Source: an uncultured Candidatus Peribacteria bacterium (lineage in GTDB: Bacteria > Patescibacteriota > Gracilibacteria > Absconditabacterales > Absconditicoccaceae). From it: a DNA stretch of 64,000 nt. A program made the position numbers and the translations under genes. Numbering within the stretch: position 1 is the first letter of the stretch; every line of letters begins with the position of its first letter. Of this stretch, positions 22,525 through 34,554 are shown piece by piece. The stretch covers positions 150,532 to 214,531 of the forward strand of contig CAZXON010000001.1 in NCBI GenBank assembly GCA_964642385.1, read 5' to 3'. Under the pieces are notes generated by a model. It was not told the DNA's origin. It searched no databases and worked only from the letters and a program-made list of their open reading frames with translations.

Positions 22525-23167
22525 ATGGATACTATTCTTATCTGAGAAGAACAAGCAATCCAGGAACACTATGATAAAATACCCTATCATAATTTTGAGC
22601 ACGCACTGAAAGTAGCCGAAACTGCGATGAAAATCGCTGAAAAGGTCAAAAAAATTCTCCATCTCAGTGACGATGAGATCGAGCTTCTCAGAAAAGGCAG
22701 CTCTTTGGCACGATGCTTGATACAAAATCGATAGTAAAGAGCTGTTTTTTAAAACAAAGGAAGACTACTCAATCTATCTCATGAAGCAGTTTTACAAAAA
22801 CACTCTTTCGAAAGAAAACATCGCGAATATCGCTTCTCTCATACAAGCGACGAAAATTGATTTTAGCACATATACGAACCATTTACAAAAAATACTAAGA
22901 GCTTCAGATATTTCAAATTTGTGAGGACCCTATGATGAGTTTGAAGACAATACGCGAAAAATAAAACAGGAGTATGAACTACTCCACCACACACCAATTG
23001 ATGCAACAATATTTCTGAAAAAACAAATGGAAATACTATCTCACTTTTTACACCAAAAAGATGTCTTGAAAGAACTGTATTTCCAAAAAGAACATTATGA
23101 TTTCTACAAAAATTTAGCAGATAATATACAAAAATTACAAAAAAAATATCAACTATCAAAAATATAA
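22525..23167 (+). pseudogene. HD-domain phosphohydrolase with an apparent +1 frameshift near 22691-22698
   Basis: Frame 1 gives ..IPYHNFEHALKV...LSDDEIELLRK and then runs into TAG 22732. The next frame continues AALWHDAGYKID... to TAA 23165-23167. The H and HD halves of one domain are therefore in different frames. Confidence 0.6.
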
Positions 23168-23181
23168 TTTTTACTACGCAA

Positions 23182-24588
<1,407 letters not shown>

Positions 24589-24784
24589 TTCTTCCTCTTC
24601 ATACCTTGGATTTTTAAATTACATCAGCACGCATTAAAAGCTAAAACACCAACGACTAGGATAGGCTTTCAAAGATAATTTACAATAGATTTTCCTGAGA
24701 GTAAATATTTTTGGAAAAGAAGAAAATTGCTTCGCGTGTTTAAACAGCACAACTTATTACAGTTCAAAACGCAATCACTAACAT

Positions 24785-25279
24785 CTATATTATCTCTTTA
24801 TATAACTCCTTCAAAGATACCATTTTTTTACAAAGGATTGACTTGAGCTTTGGGTTATTCTCTATTTTTTTGAGAAAATCTTTCATTACAGCATCGGTTT
24901 CTCTTCACTCGCCACCTCAAGCATATCCAACAAAAGTCCTAGAAGCCCCATTTCCATACTTAAGAATATAATATCTCCGAGATGTATTCCAAGCTGGAGT
25001 TATATAACGGTCAATTTCTGTCGGCAAAACAGTTCTTTGTTTTTTAGATAATTCTGTATCATGTACAAGATTGATAACGAGGATTTCTTTAAGTTGATTG
25101 ATAGTCTTTCATTGACTTTCTGCCAGATTAATTTTCTGCATTTCTTGATCAACTAGGGATTGTGCAATTTGCTCACCTCCCATTCATGATCGCTGTGGAT
25201 CATTAAAATGTTCATGTGGCCATGCAGGAATCTCGTCTGCTAATTTCTTATTCTTTTTGTGTTGGTTCTCCGATGGCAT
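24785..25279 (-). CDS. hypothetical protein (164 aa), overlaps the 3' end of the upstream giant gene by 32 nt
   Basis: ATG at 25279 (MPSENQHKKNKK..), several TGA codons, TAG at 24785-24787. Confidence 0.5.
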
Positions 25280-28200
25280 CTTTTTTGAAAAATATGTTAT
25301 AAAAAACATCAACAAAATATCATATTTGTCTTACGTAAAGCATAATTGCAATAAGAATAACCCAGAAATCATAATTGTTAGATCTGTAATAAGGATATGG
25401 TGCACTACCTGCAGATACGTTAAAGCTTCTTTGTTGGTCAGTAAAGACAGTATTGGAGCGTTCTCAAACATTGTTATTTTGGTTAATAGGAGGAGCTGAA
25501 TCTCGCCTTGTAGCGCCCATCTCTACTCAATTAGTCTGGGAACGAGCTGAAACTTTCATCATAACACCTGGCTCCATTATATCTTCCGAGCTATTTGTGA
25601 AGGTATTTCTTGTAGGCGTGCTTTGTGTTACATCTTTAGAGTCATTATTTGAATATGTCGAATCATATTTGTTTTTTTGATTTTCATATCTTTCTAAATC
25701 TCTATACTGTTGAACAGTTTCAAGCGCTATCATACTATTGAACTGATTAACTATTTTGTGTTGCTTAGCAATTTTTGATTGGCTAAGAGCTACAGTTATC
25801 CAGTCATTTGTGTTTTCAACTCATCCCAATAGCTGGTTTCAAACATATCATGCTATGATTTTTTGTATTCCAGTATTTGTTGTTTGGGTTTTTTCTCAAA
25901 TATTTATTACTCAACCTGTTATCTGAGCATCTGACATAAATTTTTCTAAGCCCAAATCAAGAATAATTTTTTTGAATTCTGTCTTATCGTCTGGAGACAA
26001 AATACTATCTTGAGCCAAAAGCACATCTATATCTTCTTCTTCCAATGCACAGATCTCCATATATACAGGTTCATTCTCAAAAACATTTTCTAAGACAGAT
26101 TGAGCATTATTCAATTTTACATTATACGTATAGATATTTCATTTGGTTGCCGAAATAAGATTTGTGAAATCTGATTTATAGGTTTTTATATCATCGCCAA
26201 TCTTAATAACATCAATTTGATTGGAAAGTAGCAATTGAAAATTTCTATTTTTATTCTCCTCTACGGTCATATTAAAATTATCGTCATCAGTAAGAATTAT
26301 TATCCTTTGATTTGTTATGTTGTTTTTTTCAATAAAATCAACAATAGTATCAACATCGGAATATCCTCGGAATTTTAAATCATCGATAGAAGATATTTTT
26401 TCTACAGCGAAATTATATGTATACAAATCAACATCTTGGATTTTTCAACCATAATTTTTTATTGTGTCAAACAATCTTTGATATCAAGCGAGTGTGTTGT
26501 TTCTTTTCGCACTCATTGAATTATCAAAGAATAGTGCAATTTTGTTTTTTTCTGTTTGTGCTGGAGAAAGGATGCTTTTTAATCATTTTGGCAAAGCCAA
26601 ATTCCACTTATAAGAATTTTTTGATCATTCATATATAGGATAATTTTCTAGTAAACCACTAATAGTGCCTCTTCTTTTATTTGTAAGTTCATCATATATA
26701 GGATAATTTTCAAGCATACCATTGGTAGAGATGAATCTTCTATTTCCTAATTCATCATTATTGTTGCGAATAAGTCATTTAATTTCCAAATTAGCTATCA
26801 TGCTTATCGGTATACAGTAGTCAGACAAATTTTTTGCAACAGAATCTTCTAAAATATTCGTTGGTAAGAGATGATCAGAATCCAGATATATTGCAACTTC
26901 ATTTGATTTCGCTATGTCTTCTTTCAATAATGCATTGTTTTTATAGATCTTTGAAAGTAGTGTTGTCTCCTTTTCAACCTTTAGATTCGTCATTGAAATT
27001 TGTGGCGAATAGACAATTTTTGTTCACTTTTGCAATGGTGTTTGTATCGTCAACTGCACCAATTGCCTTCCTTGTGTCTTTGTGTCTTTCTTAGATAAAA
27101 TTGGGAAAACACTAAGAGAATACGTTTTTAAACCTACTTTTTGAATCAATGCTGGATCTCTATTTATTCTCAAACTATCTGCATAAACTTGCGCAGCAGC
27201 GCCACGAGAAGCTATTATGCCTTGCAATTCTCAGTATAATCACAACTTCAAATCAGAAACCACACTATACAAACTTGGTGTTTCAAAATTTATTTTAACT
27301 TCTTGATTTGTGGTTGTTGTGTTTGTAAAGTGGAATTTGTAAGTTGTTTCCATCACATCCATCTCTCCTCCTGTTGATATGATATTGTTCGTTACTTCTG
27401 CCAACTTTAGAATTACTTGGGCATTTTTTCATACTTTGGTTGCATTTGTGCCCATTGAGTTTCTAGTTGAAATGTTGACTAGTTTTTCTCCAAAATAATT
27501 TTCTGGCGTAGCATCAAAAATCTTTGTAAAATATCATGCCGAATTTAGATTTTTTGTTTCATTAAAATAATTCAAATACGCCTTTCCCAAAAAAATAGTT
27601 TCTGCTTTTTTGAATGTGGTGTAATTCAATCATCAATTTTCTATAATCCTGCTTGACCTTGTGATTTGTCAGTCCAAAAATCTATTATAAAACGCTGGTA
27701 CAAAAGTAGTTATTACAAACATTGCCACAAAAGCCAATACACCTGTCCAGATTTTTTTGTGATTTCTTTCTGATGCATTAAAATATGCTTTTAATGAAAA
27801 CAAAGGATAGGCAAATAGAACTAGTATAAATATCAAAGATAAAGCTGATAGGAAAAAACTGTCACCATCAGCATACCACTGTGACCAAAAACTCGGATAT
27901 ACAAAAACATAAATTGTTCAAACAATACTTAAGATAAAATAATATCACAAATTATATGTACAAAAAATATTTTTTATTTTTTCTAACCATCAGTAACTTT
28001 GTAGTTTGGTCCGAACAGTTTGAAGTGTATCAATAAGTGGATAGATTAATAAAGCGCCAAATCCTACCAAATAGATCCAAGTTCAACCATCTCATAAAAG
28101 TTTTGCTAACAACTCTCTTAATCGTCCATATCCAATATTTGAAAACCCACCGAACCCCTCTATTATTAGAGTAGAGATTGAAAGCGATATGACTATAGCT

Positions 28201-28541
28201 GGAATATAAATCAAATGTGAGTTAGCAAGAAAATTTTCTTGTGTTTTACGAGCTTTAAATTTTCTTATCAGAGAAACAATGAGTAATAAAGAAAATAGCA
28301 CAACAATTAGAGACATAACAAAGACTAGTATTCACTGAGTACTAAACGAACTTATACCAATACTACCTCTTCAAAAATCAGAAATAAAAAAGGACAATGT
28401 TGTCCTAAGACCAAAATAAGATAGAAAAATTAAAAACAAAAACAAAAGAACAAAAGTTGTATAGTCTGAAAATCATGATTTCTTTGAAGTCTGTCTCCTT
28501 GCCTTTAGTGTCTGGAAAAACGCGATGAAAAAATCTAGCAT
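25248..28541 (-). CDS. 1097-aa surface protein: N-terminal polytopic membrane domain, central vWA-like region, C-terminal TM anchor
   Basis: Six track pieces (25527-25733, 25911-26114, 26139-26426, 26775-26993, 27024-27227, 28092-28316) share the frame of ATG 28541 and TAA 25248-25250. vWA-like segment ..DVDTIVDFIEKNNITNQRIIILTDDDNFN... The tail ..YDFWVILIAIMLYVRQ.. is hydrophobic followed by basic residues. Confidence 0.7.
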
Positions 28542-28735
28542 ATGTGTATTATAACAAATAAAAAAGTCATACAATGTATGTATCAAAAAAAAAAGAATAT
28601 GCAAACAATTTTCCCGATATTCCCGCTGGATAAAAAATGATCTAAAAAATCAAAAATATGATTATTATACAGGTGGAAAAAAACAATGATTTATGTAAAA
28701 TACCCATACAATCACAATTTATAATTTATAATCAA

Positions 28736-29507
28736 AATGTACAACTCTCTCACTAAATCAGATTGGATAGCACATCTTTCTTTGCCGGAAGACTACAAAG
28801 TTGACGCCATGCTCTATTATGGTTGATACAATATACCAAAATATACCAAAATGTTTTTTGATACATTGGACAAATTAAACATTTCTTATGAAAAAGAAGA
28901 ACTCTCATACCCTTTTTTGTATACGATATCCTCTTTAAAAATCTGAAACAAAAGAATTCGATTTAGTGTAAATTATGGATCTACAATGATAAGCGAGCTT
29001 GTCCATATCGGTTGTGTTCTATGATCAGAAAAAAACATTCTTTTGTGAACATGTGGCTGATTAGGAAAAAATTTACAATCGTGAGATATTATTATTCCAC
29101 CATATACCTATGGAAATGAAAGCGCTATAAGAATGTATAATAGAACAGAAAATTATAAACAGTATAGTAATATTGGGCTTTCAGGCGCATTAAAAAACAG
29201 ACTTCTCTCGCAAGGAATAGAGTGTTTTGGTGGGCCTTTGATCACGTGTAATGGAATGCTGGGGGAAACACAAGAAGATATTCATTGATGGTCTGCTGAT
29301 GGATATTATTGAGTGGAAATGGAATCTGCAACGGTGTTTGCAGTTTCAAATCGCTTTTGAGTGCCTGCAAGTGCTATGGTATTTGTATCTGACAATCTCA
29401 TACAAAATCAACTAGTTGGAGATGAAACTCACAAAAATCAGATAGGATTAAGAAAAGAAAAACACAATCTTTTAATGGAAACCGCTATAAAAGAACTTTT
29501 ATCATAA
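28736..29507 (+). CDS. nucleoside phosphorylase superfamily (PNP_UDP_1) protein; 3' end needs a frame change in an A-run
   Basis: Codon-by-codon translation from ATG 28736 gives ..GGPLITCNGMLGETQEDIHGWSADGYYGVEMESATVFAVSNRFGVPASAMVFVSDN... A natural-looking C-terminus (..KHNLLMETAIKELLS, TAA 29505-29507) lies in the +1 frame after the A6 run at ~29457-29462. Confidence 0.65.
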
Positions 29508-29519
29508 GAAAACATACAT

Positions 29520-29909
29520 ATGAACAAGCCTACCAAAAAATTGTGACGGTGAGCTCTCTCTCTTCGGAGAGCAATAAAATCTGATGCGGTATTTTATTTC
29601 CGTGCTTTTTTACATAAAGATACGCCTTCTATTGCAAAAATTGCAATGATAGCAGTGATTTTTTATGCGCTGTCGCCGATTGATATTATTCCCGATCTCG
29701 TATTCGGACTTGGAATTATCGATGATGTTGGAATCATATTGCTTGCAGCAAAATATATAAAAACGCTAATTCCAGAGCGCGTGCAGATGTCTATTAACAA
29801 AAAAATTATCGATGCAGATGATCTTCCGTCTTCAAAAAATAAAAAATGCCTCTGAACGAGGCTCTTTTCTCTGCTTGCAGAAAGGAAAGAGACGAAGTGA
29901 AGAGCATAG
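29520..29909 (+). CDS. DUF1232 (YkvA-like) membrane protein
   Basis: Motif ..VIFYALSPIDIIPDLVFGLGIIDDVGII... The track ORF 29646-29855 ends at a TGA, which is sense in code 25. The first true stop is TAG 29907-29909, inside the repeat element. Confidence 0.7.
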
Positions 29910-29958
29910 AGTGGATTATAGACACCATTATATTTTGATTTTCCTATAATCCAAAAAA
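29842..29958 (+). repeat. full-length copy of the CTCTGAACGAGG intergenic element
   Basis: Aligns base-for-base with 21733-21848 apart from a few substitutions. Confidence 0.8.
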
Positions 29959-29974
29959 ATCATAACGCGGGATC

Positions 29975-30060
29975 TAGACAACGAAGTTGCATGCCCGTCC
30001 TGTCTACGGACAGCTAGTTGCACAACGATAGTACGGGCATCCCCCGACTTCGTCGGGGGG
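29975..30060 (+). repeat. GC-rich long-hairpin element, copy A
   Basis: TAGACAACGAAGTTG, then the GCCCGTCCTGTC..(loop with CTAG)..GATAGTACGGGC hairpin, then the CCCCCGAC-ttc-GTCGGGGGG hairpin. Matches 47724-47804. Confidence 0.75.
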
Positions 30061-30111
30061 ACAAAAAACTATCTACACACTATATCAACAAAGAAAAATT
30101 TTATTTTTTTA

Positions 30112-30798
30112 ATGCACAGCATGAAACTCCATCCTGCAACATTGCAGTTTCTGATAGCCATCAATGAGTATAACACGAGGAAGTATTTTGCAACAGTCAA
30201 AGATCTCTACCAAGAGATCCGAACAAATCTCCAAAATATAGTTACAGAATTGCTCGAAGAAGCAAAAGTATTCCACGATTGATATGAAGATGTACATCCA
30301 AGAGAGTATCTTTTCCGCATCTATCGCGACGCGAGAAGACTGAAAGAGTGAGATCAAATCTACAAATGAAACTTTGGAATGAGTATAGCGCCATGAGGAA
30401 AAAAATCCCAACTTCCAGCATACTACTTACATATCCAACCATGAAATGAATCACTTTTCTGTGCTGGTATTTATCGACCAGATGCAACGCAATTATGAAA
30501 CCTTAGGAGATATATTGCGAAACATGGTGATGTATATACAAAACTAATCAATGATAAAAAAATCAAAAAAGCTTTTGGTGGATTAGAGGGAACGTCTTTA
30601 GTGAAGCCACCAAGATGATTTTCAGAAGAAGACAAGCGAATTGACCTCATAAAACGCAAACAGCACATGCTAATCGTCGGGATTTCAGACAAAGAACTCC
30701 TAGAAACCGACATAACAGTATTGATAAAAAAATACATGCATCTTACACACGAGTGGATGGAGTTTTTATATGAGTGATTAGAATATGCAGGAAAATAA
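30112..30798 (+). CDS. DUF2461 (TIGR02453) family protein (228 aa)
   Basis: Motifs ..LFRIYRDARRLKEGDQIYKGNFG.. and ..PAYYLHIQPGNESLFCAGIYRPD... ATG 30112, TAA 30796-30798. Confidence 0.75.
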
Positions 30799-30890
30799 AA
30801 TATGCATCTGAACGAGACGAATTATTAATTATTAATTGTAAATTATTAATAAGAAAGGGACCATTAATCATTAATCATTAATAATTTATA
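30797..30890 (+). repeat. truncated CTGAACGAG box followed by an array of TTAAT(C/T)ATTAA boxes
   Basis: aaatatgCATCTGAACGAGacg followed by aattattaattattaattgtaaattattaat...ccattaatcattaatcattaataattt. Confidence 0.55.
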
Positions 30891-31028
30891 TTTAACAAAT
30901 TTAAAAAATCTCTTGCAATTGTATTTTTTTTGGGTAATAATCAAATCACATCCACAACGTAACCGATATAAAACATATGTTGCCTATGGAAAAATCGAAA
31001 TTCTAATCCGCGTTGTCACGCTGGTCTC

Positions 31029-31070
31029 GCAAGGTATCCCTTGCACCCATTCAAAAGCAAGGTTTCTTAT
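31029..31070 (+). promoter_or_regulatory. three-segment mutually exclusive hairpin (attenuator/terminator-like) upstream of the cyclophilin gene
   Basis: GCAAGG-tatc-CCTTGC-acccattcaaaa-GCAAGG-TTTCTTAT. The middle segment can pair with either flank. The downstream pairing is followed by a T-rich run. Confidence 0.35.
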
Positions 31071-31182
31071 AGACTTTGCTTTTTCTTATTCCAAAATTTA
31101 TATTTTCATATTTGATTGTCTATTGTAAAATGGAACAGAAAAAGTACATTAGTAGATAAGTTTTATTTGACAAATATGATTC

Positions 31183-31698
31183 ATGGAAAAACAACATCAC
31201 GCAACAATTCAGACGAACAAATGATCAATTCGCGTTATTTTGTACCACGAAGAAGCACCACATACGGTCGCTAATTTTATTGCTCTTTCAAACAATAAGT
31301 TTTATGATGGACTATCATTCCACCGCGTAATAGATGATTTTATGATACAAGCATGATGCCCACATTGAGATGGAACTGGATGACCATGATATCACTTTCC
31401 AGATGAGTTTCACCCATCGCTAAAACATTCATGACCAGGTGTCCTCTCTATGGCAAATTCATGACCGAACACCAATGGTAGCCAATTTTTCATCACGCAT
31501 ATAGAAACTCCTCGGCTAGATGCTAGACACAGCGTCTTTGGGAAAATCGTTGATGAAACTGATCTAGAAATCGTAAATAATATCGTGCAGTGAGACACGA
31601 TAGAAACAATTGAAATTCACGACATCCCAAAACTTCCAGAACAAGCAGAAAAATTTATGGAAGAAATAAACCAATTCCTACAAAGTAGCACCAATTAA
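31183..31698 (+). CDS. ppiB: peptidyl-prolyl cis-trans isomerase, cyclophilin type (171 aa)
   Basis: Motifs [49 protein letters not shown] and HSVFGKIV. Eight of 14 Gly positions are TGA. TAA 31696-31698. Confidence 0.92.
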
Positions 31699-31732
31699 CA
31701 ATTAACTATTTACAATTTATAATTAATAATTA

Positions 31733-32383
31733 ATGATGTCACAATTGATTGATTTTATAATGCATATTGATGTTCATCTAGCAAACCTCATCGCATCATA
31801 CGGCGGTCGAGTATACGGTATATTATTTGCGATCATATTCATTGAAACAGGGCTTGTGATCATGCCATTTTTGCCTGGAGACAGTCTTTTGTTCGCTGCG
31901 GGATCCTTTGCTGCTATTGGCTCTTTGAATATACGGTTGCTTGTATGATTACTTATGGTTGCAGCAATTTTATGAGACAATGTCAATTTTTACATCGGAA
32001 GATATTTTGGCGACAAGCTAACAAACCGAAAGATCAAATGACGCAAACTTATCAAACCTGAACACCTAGAAAAGACACATACTTTTTTCCAGAAGCATTG
32101 AGATATATCTATCGTTTTAGCCCGCTTCGTCCCTATCGTAAGGACGCTTGCTCCTTTTGTAGCTTGAATCGGGAAAATGAATCATATCAAATTTTTCATC
32201 TATAATATCGTTGGTTGAATTGTGTGGATTTCGCTTCTCACTTTTGCTGGTTATTTCTTTTGACAAAATCCACGAGTTCAACACAATTTTGAATTTGTCG
32301 TCATAGGTATAGTTTTCGTATCTATCCTCCCAATGATTATACCATATTTCATACACAAAATCAAAGAACGAAGGAAAAAATAA
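31733..32383 (+). CDS. DedA/VTT-domain membrane protein (216 aa)
   Basis: Motifs ..[22 protein letters not shown].. and ..[16 protein letters not shown]... Track ORF 31733-31948 extends across TGA to TAA 32381-32383. Confidence 0.85.
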
Positions 32384-32486
32384 ATAATTTTTGTTGATAC
32401 GCCGAACGATCGTAGATAAAACTATGTCTTGTTTTACACTCAAGAAACCGTAGAAAAAGGAATGATTTTACATTTTTGTATATGGG

Positions 32487-33824
32487 ATGAAAAAACATTT
32501 ACAAATAAAAACATTCATTATTATTTTTCTAGGTGCATTATTTGTTTGGGCTGTTCCGCAAACGCACGCATACTCACTTGGATTAAAATCTCGAGACAAT
32601 TCTATTACAAATATTCAACGAGTTGAAAAAACGCTCAAAACAGAGCTTCCGCTTGTATCTTTTATTTTCCATACGTGGGATGAGTTTGCTTATAATACGG
32701 TTGCAAAATTTCCATATGATTTAGGAAGAGAAAGAATTTACCATATAACATTGGCTCCAGAGCATTATACCGCTCAAGAAGTGGCAGATGGAAAAGCAGA
32801 TGAAATATATAGCAATTTTTTTCTCCTAATAAAAGAAAATCGCCTAAAAGTAATTTTTAGAACGATGCATGAAATGAACTGATGATGGTATCCTCGATCA
32901 TCCGACCCAACAGCATTTAAAAAAGCACGAATTCGCATCCGAGATCTTTCTAGAAAAGCATGATTGACCAAAAAGGAAATTCTTTTTGATATGTCACTAA
33001 ACGCTTGGGATATGCCAACAAAAGATGCTAGACCAAATCAAAGTTCACCACTTATGTATTGTTATCCGGTGCAAAAACAGAAACTAAATTGCCCAACATT
33101 TGAGGACTACTATCCATGAGATGAGTATGTAGACATTCTTGGAGTCTCTTTTTATAATCGATGAAAAGGTAACACAAATCGTCTACGACAAGCTCCATAT
33201 GAGATCATAAACAATTCACAATGGAAAACTCTTGATAGGATGAAAACGTTTAACAAACCTTTGTTCGTGGATGAAGTTGGGACAACAGCAGTGCGATATG
33301 ATGAACAATATAATCAACAAAAGTCTATTGAAACATACCAGACAGATGCCCGAAGAAAAGATGCATGGCTAGATAGTTTAGGCGAGTTTTTGCAAAACGA
33401 ATCAGATATCATTGGTAGTGTCTATTTCAATGTCGATCTCACCTATTGACTAACAAATCGAATTGTTGGGGAAGCAGATCGATCTATTTTCGATCCAGCG
33501 ACAGGCAAAATCTATGAATGATGAAGGCGTCTTTTGAATAACGCCAACCACAATAAAGCTAACTACTCAGCACTTTTCAATGCTTTCTGAGTTCACAAAG
33601 CAAATCGATGATCTTGAAAAGTTTTTGTTTGAAACGCATACGGGAACAAAGCTCTTTCTCTTCTAAAAACACTTTCTATCACTGCCACTACCCCATTTGC
33701 AAACGCAAAAAAGAAACTTGAAAACTACAAACAATCGATAGACGCCTCTACGACACTCTCACGTTCACAAAAAGCAATCCTACGCAATATTATTTGAGAA
33801 GCTATGCGTATTATTTGAGGGTAA
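32487..33824 (+). CDS. secreted GH26-like glycoside hydrolase (445 aa)
   Basis: Signal peptide present. Motifs ..VIFRTMHEMNGWWYP.. and ..KPLFVDEVGT... Track pieces 32487-32882 and 33240-33449 are co-framed. TAA 33822-33824. Confidence 0.65.
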
Positions 33825-33906
33825 ATCATACTCAATCCGACCTCATCGAAATTGTCTTTTAAAACTAGGATTCCTTTAAAAAATTTTGTATGTATTTGAA
33901 CATCAA

Positions 33907-34554
33907 TTATTCTTTTTCGTCAAAATAATTTTCTAGTTTTTCTTTTCATGCAACAGAATCAACAAAAACAACAGTTGCGTCGTCTCCATGGTGAGCGAGA
34001 ATTGAGTCTAGCATATCATCAAAACTCATTTGATCTTTTTGCGCATTTAAAATATACGGTACGATAGACACATTTTTGTATGCTCTTATGTATGGAATCT
34101 GCGATTCTATATCTTTTGCGTACAGGGAAAACATATCAGCACTTTGTAAAAATCACGATGCATAGTTATTTTGTGCAATTGGAAGTACTCCAAAAAACGA
34201 ATGCAATCACTCATGTGTTGTAATTATTCAATTAATATCTGGCGCGAATGAATCGATACTTATCAAAACAATTTCATCAGCATCGGGGGCGTTTGAAAAA
34301 ACATATTTCCAGATCAGCGCTAACTCTCATCATACTCTAAATACAGGTCAGCTTGGAACAAACATAAATCATTCCTCAAAAATCGGCAAAATCCCAGCTG
34401 TGCGCACATACAACTCGAGCATCAATTGATGTAAAATTTGCGGATGCGTTGGGTACAGATGAAAATGAGGTAGATATATATTGTCTCTAGATATCACTTC
34501 GGTATTGAGTAATTGCAATAAGTTTTTGTCATTAGAATTATTAGATAGAACCAT
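33907..34554 (-). CDS. hypothetical protein (215 aa)
   Basis: Track pieces 33946-34134 and 34369-34563 are co-framed and join across TGA. ATG at 34554 (an alternative GTG is at 34563). TAA at 33907-33909. Confidence 0.55.
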
